Below, piece by piece: positions 12,020 to 25,210 of a stretch of 64,000 nt of DNA; position 1 is the first letter of the stretch, and each line of letters begins with the position of its first letter. Made by a program: the position numbers and the translations under genes. The notes below the pieces were generated by a model. The model was not told the origin of the DNA. It searched no databases and saw nothing but the letters and a program-made list of their open reading frames with translations. The stretch is taken from positions 3,163,050 through 3,227,049 of the forward strand of contig MU058781.1 in the NCBI GenBank assembly GCA_013265495.1, read 5' to 3'. Source of the stretch: Vicugna vicugna (taxonomy: Eukaryota).

Positions 12020-13513
12020 AAAAAAAGGATGAATAAACATTAGAGCAGCCAAGGATCTCAGAGAGTATCTTATCTAATGCTTTGCCATGTATATAAGGAT
12101 CCCCTTTATAAATCAAAATTTGATGATTCCCACAAAATCGTAGATATTTGAAATATCTGTGCATTGAGAAAATAAATAGGCTGCTATGGATTTATTAATC
12201 CAAACTCATGAGTGGATAAACTTTTTAAAGAATGAACTTATGAAAGACCTCTGCTGTTTACCAGCGGCTTATAGATGTAATTCAACCTCCTATATTTGAG
12301 AAACAGAGGGAAATTTACTTTTAAATTATTTCCAAGGTCATAGACCACTGGGCAGTAGAGCCAGAATAAGCAGGTAAATCTCCTGAGTCCCTGATACTTG
12401 TCTTCAGGGAACTTACATCTTGCAGAGAAGCCTTGCTCACTCACACACGGATACTGTGTGTAACCAAGGACTGAGTGGTACGCCCACAACTGCCAGTGTG
12501 GTTGGAGTTCAGCCTGGAAATACGGTTGCCCTGGGGATTTTAGAGTGGGTCTCTGAGAACTGAATCGCTTCTGAAATATTTAGAGCACTTGTGCATCTCT
12601 CAGCCTCATTAAATTGTCTTCCTTTTAACTTCCCTGGGTCCTGGAAGTGTTATTATGTATTATCCTTTGGAACTGTCATCTAAAACGGGAGGAGGTGCAT
12701 GAAGACGTTTGAGACAGATTCAAATGCACTGTTTGTAGTGGACTCATTTGAAATTTATGGTCCCATACAATCAATCTTTCATACACTTAAAATTTCACCT
12801 CTCCATCTTCTTGTGTCAACAGCATTGAGATAACTCATGTAGCAGCAGGGGGGTTGTTAATAATCTGTAGATGCTGTGTGGTGGCTTACAGTTTCAATAT
12901 TTTTCAATACAGTTCTTGCGTGCAGCTATGTTTTTCAAGCAGGTTAACTTTGCTCAAGTGTAGAGAGGATTACAGAGGTGTGGCTGGAGGCCATGAAGAT
13001 TTCAGGGGGCTGAAGCAATCATCTTAGCAAGAAACTCGAACTGTGAGTTGGTGACAAGGCAGAGGCAGTGGGCCAGATGCGAGGAGGAGAAACCTGGGAG
13101 AGGGTTAAGCTCTCTGGGGAGAGAGCCTCGGTCTGTTTTTCCGAGCTGAACATGGAAATTGAGCAGGAGGTTGGAGTCAAGGGGAATGTCATTGTCCAAG
13201 GCCACTCAGCCTGTTTAAATGGAACCAGTGCAGGAGAGCCTCTGAATCAAGCAACTGAGAGGCCCAGAGAGACCCCCCTGTCTCCTGTCTGCATCTTTCC
13301 CTTACTTTCCCCAGGTGCCCAGAATCCTCCAGAATTCTCCAGAAGCTTCAGGCTCATGTTCTGATTCTTTCCTTCCTCCTGATTTCCTTCAAATCTGATC
13401 TGTGACCCTTCCCTCAGGACCTTTGTGCTCATGTCAGAGACATATGCAGGACTGGATCAACAACAATACATGATAATGTCATGAACCAACAATTATTGAG
13501 TACTAAGTATCTT

Positions 13514-14002
13514 ATTTTTATTAAAAAAATTTTATTGAAGTATGTAGTTGCGTTACAATGTCATGTTCATTTCTGGTATACAGCATAGTGATTCAGTTAT
13601 ACGTGTATATATGTGTGCGTATATATATATATATTTTCATATTTTTTCATTATAGGCTATCACAAGGTACCAAATATAGTTCCCTGTGCTATACAGTGGG
13701 AACTTGCTGTTTATTTTATATGTAGTAGTGTGCATCTGCAAATCCCGAACTCCCAGTTTATCCTCCAACTCCCAAATCCCCCACCTCCCCTTTCACCCAC
13801 CTGGTAACCACAGGTTTATTTTCAATGTCTGTGAGTCTGTTTCTATTTTGTAAATAAGTTCATATGTCTCATTTTTTTAGATTCCATATATAAGTGATAT
13901 CATATGGTATTTTTCTTTCTCTTTCTGGCTTAATTCACTTAGTGTGACAATCTCCAGGTCCATCCATGTTGCTGCAAATGGCTGAGTAGTATTCCATTGT
14001 AG
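13514..14002 (-). mobile_element. 5'-truncated L1 3' end inserted into a MIR
   Basis: L1 3' UTR and ORF2 end in reverse; TSD gagtactaagtatctt (13498-13513) vs gagtactaaatatttt (14003-14018); MIR-like sequence resumes after it. Confidence 0.85.
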
Positions 14003-14349
14003 GAGTACTAAATATTTTACATTTATTATCTTTACTGGCTCCTCATAAGAACTCTTTGAAACAGATAATATTATTATCGACATTTTTAGATGGTAAAGCC
14101 AAGCAGCACAGAGGTAGTGTCAGGATTTTAACCCACAGCCCCCACTTCACTACACACTTGTTCTGTGAATAGTCAGTGATGAATCTGGTCCATTGGGTCA
14201 GTTCTTCTGTTCTTAAATGGGTACTTCCCTCTATCCTCATGGTAGTTAGAAGACTGCTATGCACGTTTATTGATTTGAATAAATTGGTATTAAAAGGATA
14301 TTCGTCAAGGCCACACTGTTCCCCAAATACCATGCTAAGCTGGGGTGCA

Positions 14350-14570
14350 AACAGCTAACACTCACAGAATGTGCAGTCTGTGCCAGACTAATGACCCCTT
14401 ATGTGCATTCGCTCATTTGACTTCATTGCAACTCTGTGAGGTAGGTGCTGTTAGCATCAACTCTAGTTTATAGATGAGGAATAGAACCCAGAGATCGCAT
14501 GGCCACTGAGGGACAGGTCCGGGATTCAAACTGGGATGATCTGCAGAGTTCACACTTTTAGGCATCACAT
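14350..14570 (-). mobile_element. MIR SINE
   Basis: caactctgtgaggtaggtgctg...tttatagatgagga...gggattcaaact. Confidence 0.8.
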
Positions 14571-14689
14571 TCTTCTGCAAAACAGGTTTGCTCACGGTTA
14601 TGGTGAGGAAATGTATGCATGATCAAGAGCCCAGAAAAAAAATGATCTCATTTTCTGTGGGTTTTCATGGCCTAAGGGAATGGAGAACA

Positions 14690-15680
14690 CATCAGTGAGG
14701 AGAAGAGCAAAGATGAGGCAGGATTTGAGCCAGCAAAATGAAAAAGGGCAAGGCATTCCAGACACGCAGGTCAGGTTGAGAAAACATGATGGGTGAACAC
14801 GAGATAGATTTATTGATTAGGAGGGTCCGAGATTTCATGTTGAGAGGAGCGGGTGGATTGTGGTTCAGAAGAGTGTTGGGGGCCTTTGTCAGGCTCAGAA
14901 ATGTGGTCTTTTTCATGTTGATTTTTTATACAGAGAAGAAGACGTAGTGAAGGCCGTGATTTAGGTGGATACCAGCCTCAGTTTCTCCATCTGTACAATA
15001 GAGCTATGCACACGGCCTTATGGCTAGTATGAGCCAATGTGTGTAAAGTGCCTAGCACATGCCTAGAATAGTGTTAAGTGGTGGTTGTTCATCTGACTGT
15101 GGGTCAGGGGATGAATTATATAGGTAGGAACCCAGTGACAGGGAGATGCATTAAAGGATGGAGGGTGAGGAAGCAAGGGATGCTAGGGACTTACTGACAC
15201 CCTGGATATTAGAAAAGAGGACAATGGTATGTGCCAGATGACTCCTAAGTTTCCAGCCTAACTGGCACTGATGCAAGAGACAGAGAAATCAGGAAAATAG
15301 AGAGCCAGTTTTTATAGGCGTGTTGAGTTTGGTTGCAGACAAGCTGTACCTGCAGTGACAGTGACTATCACCAGGAAGCAGTTGGAGGGAGGGAATGAGA
15401 GCTTTTTTTTAAACATCACGAATTGTGGCCCTGAGTTTGGCATCATCTGTATGGATGTCATGCATGTCCTTGCTTCAGTCCCTGAGTGCTCTTCCCCTAG
15501 AGGTGCCCATGGCTTCCTTATCATTCATGGCTCAGCTCAGAGTCACCTCCTAAGAAGAGCTTTCCCTGACCCTAAGATAGGGTAGCAGCCCCCTGCACTC
15601 TCTGTCCCCTCACCCTGCTTTACTAGTTCGTGACACTCAGCCCTGTTGGCAGTTGTGACCTGCCTGTTTTCACCTGCTTA
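14690..15680. mobile_element. L2 fragments with an inserted MIR (about 14975-15080)
   Basis: L2-like ggcattccag, ttgagtttgg and tcagagtcacctcctaagaagagctttccctgac; MIR core cctcagtttctccatctgtac. Confidence 0.55.
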
Positions 15681-16539
15681 AAATCAATTTAGGGGCAAAA
15701 CAGAGCATCAGAAGCAAAATGAGAAAATCATTAGGGAAAGACGAAGAGAGTCAAAATAAAGAAAGGAAAGAAAAGTAGCAGGGCTCTCGTCAGCACGTTG
15801 GCCAGCAACCTGGTGGAAGCTCCACCCTCCTGAACTGTGGCTGTCCACTCTGGAAAATGGGATGGTTCCCGGACTCTTCCCTTCCTTGGGAGGTTTTTGC
15901 ATAGGTTTGATAGAAAAATAATATGCTGTAAGGCACTTAGAGTGTGTTATAAATGAATGCAAGCTGGTGCAGTCATGCTTAAAACTGACTTTATTATCCC
16001 AGATGTAACAAGACAGCTTTGCCTACACCCTTTGAGAGGTGATTGATGGGTCTCCAGCAACCTCCTACAAAGACCTTTGAAAGCACCTGTTTGGAGGAAG
16101 ATTTGGACCAACAGGAGGCTTCTTGACTCTGGGGGGATGATGCTGCCCTGGGGGCAGGAATCTGACACGGCCAGCAGCGGGGTCCTCCCACGTTACCTAA
16201 GTGATAAATCTGAGTTATGGGGAGCTTGGCAGGAGGACCCCCACTCCAGCCCCTGACTGAGGGGGAGCCAGGTCTGCAGCATGCATTCTCAGGTACATCA
16301 AAGCAAGAATGTGAAGTTTTCTTTTAAAAGGTATAAGATTAAAAAAAAATTCATACAACAGAGAAAAAGTAATGCCCCAAACTCCAGGCATCAAGGGATT
16401 TGAGTTCTTAGAGTTCCATGTTCTCCAGGGATGGTCCAATTCCTGCTGCCCTCTTGTCCCCTGTAGGGTCCGAGCTGGGACAGTTTGAAGCTGGGGCTTT
16501 AGGGCTGATGGATTATGGCATCTATTTTAGTGATTCACA

Positions 16540-17148
16540 GTTTTTAAAAACAAGTATATTTGATGTACAGTGTTATGTAAGTTATAGGTGTACAGTGATC
16601 CACAATTTTTAAAGGTGATACTCTATTTATAGTTATTATAAAATATTGGCTATATTCCCTATGTTGCACAATATATCCTTATAACTTATTTTATACATAA
16701 TAGTTTGTACCTTCTAATCCCCTAGCCCTGTATTGCCCCTCCCCACTTCCTTCTCCGTGCTAGTAATCACTGCTTTGTTCTCTATAGCTATGAATCTGCT
16801 TCTTTTTTGTTATACTCACTGGTTTGTATTATTTTGTAGATTCCACATGTAAGTGATATCATACAATATTTGTCTTTCTCTGACTTATTTCACCTAGCAT
16901 AATGCCCTCCAAGTCCATCCATGTTGCTGTAGATGGCAAGGTTTTGTTCATTTTTATGGCTGAGTAATATTCCATTGTGTGTGTGGACCACATCTTCTTT
17001 ATCTGTTCATCTGGTGATAGACACTTAGGTTGCTTCCACACCTTGGCAATTGTAAACAAAGCTGCTGTGAACACTGAGGTGCATGTATCTTTTTGAATTA
17101 GTGTTTTTGTTGTTTTCAGATGTATATACCCAGGAGTGGAACTGCTGT
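16540..17148 (-). mobile_element. 5'-truncated L1 (ORF2 C-terminal remnant plus 3' UTR)
   Basis: ORF 16859-17074 reads MFTAALFTIAKVWKQPKC...TWMDLEGIML, the L1 ORF2p C-terminus. Confidence 0.9.
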
Positions 17149-17962
17149 AATTGCTATGGGATTTTGGTGTGTTAAATTGTAGTCTGGCTTTAGAATTGGC
17201 AAAGAATCACTTCTTTCTCTCAGGTTTCAGATCACCTTCTAGTCCTTTTTCTTTCCTCCTATGTTACCGTCTTTATCTCTTCACTTATGCCGGCCCTTTG
17301 ACCGCAACAGGTCCTGTCTTGTAAGATTATAGTATATATACGGTTTCATCTGCCCTCACACTCCTCAGGCACACACATGCTCCCAGCAGACCGTGCACAC
17401 TTCAAGGCAGGGTCCAATGCCAGACACCTTCACCTTCTGGGACCTGGAACAGTGCTATGCCCTGGAAATCTTCATGGATTTTATTTCCATTTCAATTCTT
17501 TCTATACATTTGTAAGTTAGCACAAACTTTCATTAAAAGGATTATACACACAGAGATGAGCATCATGACTCATTCCAGAAAACGACAGAATTAGATTGTT
17601 GAATTCTTGGAATTTCTCACTCCTCAAAATGGCACCAATGATGAATGAATACATCATTCATCCATTAATTCATTCAACATCACTGAGTGCCTATTATCTC
17701 CAGGCACTGTGCGTACTACACACACACTACATAGACACACACACACAATTCCTGCTCTCTTGTAACTCGGTTTTGTTTTTAAAAAAAGATTAATCATAAA
17801 TAATTACAGGGTAGCTTAACATATTCTAATAAAAGTGGTTGATAAAGGAGCTGCAGGGGTTGACTTGGTAACTAAGCATTGGCCACAGGGGAGTAGGGTC
17901 CTGGGGAAAAACAGGAGCATCTTTTGACTCACCTGGAGACGGTGCAAATCCACTGTCATCAC

Positions 17963-17970
17963 TGACGTCA
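17963..17970. promoter_or_regulatory. full palindromic CRE (TGACGTCA)
   Basis: exact 8-mer in apparently unique sequence; function unproven. Confidence 0.3.
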
Positions 17971-20519
17971 CAGACTGGAGCGAGGTTCCCACACATCCCT
18001 GTGGAGTGCAGGGAGGTTCCTTGGAATCTCCTTGCATCAGGGCCAGACAGTGCCATGGTAAAGAAATGCTTTCCTCTTGCACCAGAGTAGCCTTTCCGCT
18101 TCATCTGGTGCTGTTTGGGAAAGTATTTTGGGGACAGTTGCCTGCAAGCCATCCAAATCCCTTGCAGGCTCTCAGAATGCTGAAGACTTTGTTAACGTGG
18201 GTGTCTCACATAGGCAATTGTCATTTGACCCATTTGACAGGAAACGCCTGTGTGCCTTTGATCAGAGAATCACAATTTTCTGGAAAATTGGTTTTCTAGA
18301 AAGCTGGGGTAGGGAGTGTTTGAGGCTTTGCCTACTTATTTCACTTTGAAGTTTTAAATTGTAGTCTGGCTTTAGAAGTTGCAAAGATATATTTTCCTTC
18401 TCTATTTGCCTCTCCTCCTATGGGATTTGTTTCAAGAATCACTTCACCAGAAGGACTGTTGTATGAAAGTTTCCCTGACAGTGACACAGCCTCTTGTCAC
18501 TAGTGTCCCTAAGAGAAGATACTGTTCATTAGCTACATACATCCTTACAAATGTGAGAAATGAGCAAGGATCTCATCTCATGACCGGGACATGGGGAATA
18601 AGGTCTGGGAACACAACTGACCATTTCAGACCCTGTCAGAGGAGGTGTAATGGAATGGAAAAGAGTTCTCTGATTCTACTATGACCATAAGAAATGGGTT
18701 CACTGTGGCCTTGTGATAAAGCAAACCGTAAGTGCATATATTCTCACATTAAAATTGTTGTCTTATTGCTTAAAAAAAGCAACTTTAAAAAAAAACGCAT
18801 TCAAATGTCAGAGATTTACATTCTTGAACATGAAGGAAAATTTTTGCAAGTTAAAAGGTCACTCTTGGTGCTAGCAATTCCCGTTGGAAACAAGTGTCTC
18901 AATAATCATTTCTATAATTATAAGCCTTCTTACCAAATGCTTGCTCGCACTCACTACTTAAAATACACTTGTTACATAAAATGTTCAAAATGGTTCTTTG
19001 GTGTGGGATTATTATGGCCATTTTACTGGCCATAGTAGTAACTGGAGAGAAGTAGAGAGATAGGTAAATTTCCCCAAGGCCACACCACCAGAGGAGCAGC
19101 AGAACTTCAGGGTTCAAATGCTCCACCTGCTATTCCCAGGTCAGGGCTTGGCTGTGGAAGAAAAGGAGCAGCAGGAGAGATGGCTGGCCAGGTGTCCTGG
19201 CTTTAAAGCCAAGTGATTCATTCGGAGCAAACATCATTGATGATACAGGACTCCAGTCTCTTGGATTGCAAACTACACAGACCCAGAGAACCCACCAAGA
19301 GAAACCTGTTGACCCTCATGATGCTGTGTGATGCAGAGAGAGGAGGAGACTGGAGCAGCCAAAAGGGCAAAGAATTGCTCTGTCAGTATTCACGTCTGGT
19401 ACTTGCCGCTCGGCAGGGATGGTCAGGAGTCTCAGGCAGGCGGAAACTTCAGGAATGCAGATCCAAATAATACTTTCACTTCAAAAAACAGTAGAGGGAA
19501 GGATAAGAGGATGTAGATCAAAAAAAAAAAAAAAGTTTGGCTCCAAGCATGGGATCCCAGCAGAAATGGCTGGTTGGCTTCAGACCAGCGTGCAGCTCCA
19601 CGAGATAAGATGCCCTCTCCTCCACCTCCATGTTCTCCTTCTTCTCTTGCGCTGGAGACTTTCTCAGTCGGCCATGGGCTGTCTCGCGTAGCCAGCCAGC
19701 AGGAGGGGGCCTCCTTTTCCTCTGGTTTAGCCAGTCCCTCCCAAGTTTGGGAAATCAAGCCATCTCCTGAGCTCCCCAGTCTCCTCCACCTGCTCCTCTC
19801 CTCTTGGACTTCTAGGCTCTGTTGAATGTGCACCAACAGAAAGAAGGAGGGGACTTCCAGGCCAGAATGCCCAGCGCCTGCTGAAAGTGAAGGGGAGGCT
19901 TATGTTACAGTCAGCTGAATGCGTTGCAGCTTTCTGCTCAGTGTAGCGTGCAGCCCAAGGCTTCTCTTCTTTGTTTGTCCCGGTCTTCCTGGCTAATCCA
20001 AAACCCACCAGCAAAGCTAAGCACGCAGGGTCTCCCTTCTCCCTGCGTCACTGATCCACATCATCCCGTACTGTCGTCCATCCTTGTCATGTTACCTTTT
20101 GAGTTGAAAGAGCAGCCATTCTCCAACACTGAGTGTGATATTAGCACTTTATTATTTTTCTTTCCTTCCTTTGCCACATACTTTCAGCAAACAGTTATGG
20201 AGTCCAGGATGTGCCAGGCATTATTCCAGGTGCCAGAGATAGAATGATGGCTACTACACTCTTTCTCATCTCAAGAAATCTATCATTTAATGAAATAGTT
20301 TTAAGCAGAAATCCAAATTCTAATAGACTGTATCTAGGTTATCAGTTAATAATTAATCACAAAGTTCAAAACCCCCAAATTATCAGAAAGGAGTTTTATT
20401 TAACTCAGCCATTTGACTCTTTTTAAAAGCCATAAATTGAGTAACATATTTTTGGTAAATAAAATGTGTGTTTTAATTAGATTCGCTATGTAGAAAGTGC
20501 AGTCGTCCAGAATGACTTT

Positions 20520-20880
20520 ATATTAGTCAATTTTGGTGCAGTAACAAACAACTCCAGAACCTCAGTAGCTTGTAACTATTTCTCACTCATGCTTTATATG
20601 GGTTCTTTTATAAGCTGGGGCTCTATTTGATGTGTCTTACGATTTAAAAACTCATGCCGAAGGTACCTGGAGTGTGCTGATCTTTCAAGAGAGAAAGAAT
20701 AAAAGGACCGGTAGATACACGCAGTGTCTATTAAAGTGCTTCTATGAGGTGTATGTCACAGTGAGTCACATTTCATTGTCCAAAGCAGGTCACAACATCA
20801 AGGTCAAAATCAGTGGAGTGGAGATGTATGCTTCCCATGGGCAAGGGGTGGAGGAGGGAAGCAAGTATTTACTGAATTCC
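20520..20880 (-). mobile_element. MLT1-family MaLR LTR (old subfamily)
   Basis: tgcagtaacaaacaactccagaacctcagtagctt...cacatttcattgtccaaagcaggtcac. Confidence 0.75.
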
Positions 20881-21545
20881 CAGGCCCTCAGTAAGCCTAT
20901 TTTGCTGGCCGGATGAGGCTACATCTATATGTATGTCTATATCTCAAGGACATATGACGATCAAACGTGTACTGGTCAGTGCACGCTGGGAGAATCACAA
21001 ATGTCAAGGAAACACGATACTTGAGAGTGTACACTAATCTGACACCAGGGTTCCACTTTGCACTTTGGAGGCCCGGAAAGGAACTGATGTGATTTTTGTC
21101 AGCCTTCTCTCCGATTTCTGTGCCATCTGGGAGCAGATGGCAGCAAGAAAGATCCACTCGTGAGCTAAACGGCCTTCCTTTAGCCAGTATTTCATTGCCA
21201 TCCACTGCCATTTTGATGCATTTAAAAAGTGTTTATTTTCACCAATTCATTTGTTTAGTAAATGAGAGAACTCAGAGATAGACTTGAAACCTGATTACAA
21301 GCAACAATCTTCCATGGGTCCGTTTTTCTTTTTAACTCCCCCCAAACAGGCAGAGTTTGATTGGAGTCACCTGGGTTCCTGCCACGCTCCCCTGACAGGC
21401 AGGCTGGAACTGATGGGTAAACCTGATCAAGGCTGCTCCGAATAACTCCCATTTTTCATGACCTAACTTACCCTGCTGCCAAATAGCCTTCCTGATCCCC
21501 TCCTTCTACCAAGTTCCATAATTCCTGGTGCATCTATGAGAGTAT

Positions 21546-21564
21546 CTGTGCCCCCTGTTGACAG
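21546..21564 (-). promoter_or_regulatory. possible CTCF core motif
   Basis: minus strand ctgtcaacagggggcacag fits CCASYAGRKGGCRS at 12 of 14 positions. Confidence 0.3.
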
Positions 21565-21689
21565 GATTTTTCAGACTCTGCATTTTATGAACATACAACA
21601 CACCCTAGATTATGAACTGGAAACAAACTAACCTGATTTTGCTAAGTCTTACAAGGTTTTGCACATATTAACATTTCACTCTGAATCAC

Positions 21690-21830
21690 ACTGGGCTGGA
21701 GTTCTATCCACCTGCTGGCTGTATAACCCTCAGACAGTCATTTCAACTCCCTAAGCTTCAGTTTCCTCATCTGTAAAATGGGCATGTTTTAGGTTTGGTG
21801 GAGGACAGAATGAGACATATAGGGCTTCTG
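21690..21830 (+). mobile_element. MIR SINE
   Basis: cttcagtttcctcatctgtaaaatggg core. Confidence 0.85.
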
Positions 21831-22934
21831 TTAGCTCTTCCATCAATCCTGTTCAAGCAGAATGTTAAAGAGTCTACATGACTCCCTATAAAGCAACCAG
21901 CTTATTAACAGGGACGCTAGAAGTCCATGTTGAACACATGGGTGATACAGCTCTCCCCACGAACTCTCAGCCTTTCCAAAGAAAGTACTGAAAAATCCAG
22001 CTCTTCTTGTGTCGCTAGACTTAATGACATGAGCGGGCAAGCAGTTTCACTGAGTTTAAACTTTCTTGTTAAAATTAGTAGTATTTGCCAAAGGAACGCA
22101 TCAGAGAAAATTGTCCTCTTTGTAAAAATCTGAAAGGCCCAGGGCAGTTTTCAGCTCATTTAAGATTTAATGCATTTAATGTGGGCTTCACCTTATTCAA
22201 ATAATAGACTACATGTGCATAACTGCTCTTGCCTGGACAGAGGCTCTTCAGATCTGGATCAAATCAGGACAGAGCTGCATCTGGATCTGTCCGAGGCAAG
22301 TCGTGAAACATACACACCCATTTGGATTTATAGCTGTGTTGGGGGTTTTTTGGACTCAGCTGCAAAATCTTCAAGTATAGGGTCCAGTTTGGTTGTTAAA
22401 ATAATAGGGTCTATTCAAATGTCTCCTTTTTTTTGGCTGTAGCTTGAGCTGATGGTAAAGCAGAGCAGAAGCAGTGGCAGGTACCATTTCAGACAGTTTA
22501 TGAACAGTTTTCCTTTCCATGGAAACAGAATAGTGTGAGTAATCAAAGTGATCCTACTTATTTAGAGATTCGAGGACCTGTAAGACACTGTCATGATCTT
22601 GTGTCCTCAAGAAATACACCATGTGGAGTAAGGGAGGGTGGAAGATGTGGAGACTGCCATCTCCCACTGAGCAGGACGATTCTAAAGTGATGTGAATGAT
22701 GCCGGTAAGAAGAGGTGTTGTTAGAAGCTGTGCAGGGATGGGCTGAGGGGGCTCTGAGAAAGAGGCAGGCTTTCATTTTTTTCAGATGCTGGGGTTTCTT
22801 AAGGCAAAGAAGGGAGTCTTCCAGAAAGGGGAAAGAAACAGAAAAGGGACATTCTTGACAGTATAAAGAGCATCCAGGCAAAACTTTTAGGCCAGTAATG
22901 TGGTGAAAATAAAATCAGAAAGAAAAGGAAACCT

Positions 22935-23130
22935 CATTATTTGAGCCCTGACTATGTACTGGGCTGTGCTGAGCACTTTAGAATCCTGATTCCCTGGCTC
23001 CTCCTGTAAAGACCATTGTACAGGCGAGAAAACCGGGGCTCTGAGGGGTCCAAAAGGGTCACAGAGCCAGTCAGGTGCAAAGCAGAAGCTGAATTCATGG
23101 CTGTCTGACCTCAGAGCCTACGCTCTTTGC
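22935..23130 (-). mobile_element. MIR SINE
   Basis: ttatttgagccctgactatgtactggg...gggtcacagagccagtcaggtgca...tgtctgacctcagagcc. Confidence 0.75.
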
Positions 23131-25039
23131 ATCAGATACACAAATGCTACCTAGGCTGGGAAGTCGAAATCCAAAAATAGAGTCAGGGGGAGAAAGACTT
23201 TGCTGTTATTTTTCAATGAACTTTTATTTGTCAACCATTAAAAAAAATTGCTGCTTTAAGGTTCCCCTAACTCTCCCTACCTCTCCAGTTTCTCCACAGG
23301 AATTGCTAGCAGGATAATATAAACAACAGAATGGCTTGAAAGTCAGTAAGCAGAAAGATAAGTCACAAACTGGCCAGCTGATCCCTGGACAGGTAGATAT
23401 AAGCAAATGGCCCTGGAATCCCTTCTTTTTATATATATGGTTTTTCAAATGTTTTGGGGGTCCACCTTATCTGTCTTCCTTGTGACCTGTCACACCCCAG
23501 GGCCTCTGCAGCCTGTGTGATAGTAACACCAATAGCTTCCAGCCAACCTGTCAGCCCCTCTTTTCCAGCCTCAGGCTGATCACAAGCAAAGAAACCATTT
23601 AATCTTTTCTCTTCTTCCACTGTTACTGCAGATACTGCCTGCCCCTTGGGGACAAACAGCTGAGGTCCTCTCTGCCTGGGCACTTCACTCAAGGCTAAAA
23701 CCCTTTTCTGAGACAGGACTCACATGGGCCTACAGATTCTGCAAAGCAGCCCTTTCAATAAACTTCTATTTGTCAACCATATGCTTGAGGGAGAGAAGAT
23801 TCAGGAACTCAGTTCTGTTTACTTGAGGCCAGCTGCATCCCCCACCCGGCAGGGACCAGGAAGGGAAGACTCCCCAGGTGGAAAGACAGCACTTGTGTGG
23901 GTTACTTAATGGCAGTTTGCACCAGAACACATCTTCCACTCCTGACCTGTGGGGCTTCTTCTAGAAACCCTTGTAACTTTCACTTTTTAAACTTTATCGC
24001 CATCTCGTGGCTACTTTCAATATTGCGTGTGAAGGATTCGGTGCAGGTTAACTGGCCTTGCCGACCACTCATTTACTCATTTGTTCAACAAGTCCTTTTT
24101 GAGCTCCTAAAATCTTAGACACTTGCACTGAAAAGCAAGCCAGTAAAAGTAAAGAGTAAGAAAGCCTACAATTATTATTGAATTTATCACTTAATATGTT
24201 TTAAACCGCAGCAGTCAGATTTGCCTCACCAGATTTAAAGGGACATTGAAATGCAACCTCTGACTGACCTTTCAGCCCAGCCACGCTATCGCTCCTACAG
24301 AGCTAGACAAGTCTTGATAGATGACAAGTCACTTAACACGTTCCCATTAGCATGTGAGGTATCTGAGAACGGAATATATGCCTTATATACATAAACTACG
24401 TAAGTGATCAATGCCTGTCATGGAGGAAAAAATACCAAAAATGAAAGAAAATTTAAATCGTTTTAAATCTCATCACCCAGAGATAATGCTCTCAATTAAC
24501 GTCTTATGTATCTCTCCCATATTTTATGCATATATGTTACAAAAGTAGTGTCATAACGCAGGCTGTTTTTAAACATCTTTTTAAAAATTGCTGGTGCCTT
24601 TTTCTCGCTCACTGCTATATTCCTAGAGCCTAGAACAGTATTTGGCACACAAGGGGTTTCCCTAAAGGTAGCTGTTAAATAAGTGAATGTGAATAAACAA
24701 TTTACATAATTGCTTTTAATGCCTGTATAACATTCCACTTCGGGGCTTCCCCATGTTTATGTAACCAATCTACTTTTATCTAATAATATATGTATTTTAA
24801 TTTTTATCACTAACAAAACTACAATAAGCAAGGGCAGTAGAGTTTTGAGTCTTACTAAGTTGTGGTAAAGGGGTCCTTCTGTCAACCTTGTGATTATGAG
24901 ATCATCAGCAATAATGGTGATGACTGCTTTTAAAATGAAATACAGTTGTGATACAGAAGACCCTGTGTTCACAGATTTACCCATCAGGATGAGACCAAAG
25001 TGACATCATCTTCCTCTGAACATTAATCTGTGATTTTCA

Positions 25040-25210
25040 AGTCTATCTACAAATGGAGGATTACCTGGGGGAAACTTTTACAACTAGAGATGCTTGGGTT
25101 ACAGCCCCTGGAGGCTGTGATTTAATTGGTCTCAGGTGGATATCATTCACATGTGTTTTCCAGGACTTCAGGGTAATTCTAATATGCAGCCAGAGTAGAG
25201 AGAACTCTAC
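25040..25210. mobile_element. MER5-like MITE
   Basis: attacctggggg...tgatttaattggtctcaggtgg...aggtaattctaatatgcagccagag-like tail. Confidence 0.65.

Noticed and set aside
16859..17074. ORF with protein-like sequence
   Set aside because: Decayed L1 ORF2p C-terminus, not a host gene; the same applies to 13877-14083, 38999-39193, 57096-57293 and 63194-63433.
19432..20247. Cluster of overlapping 80-134 aa ORFs in GC-richer sequence
   Set aside because: No recognisable domain or convincing splice boundaries; overlapping ORFs on both strands are expected from composition.
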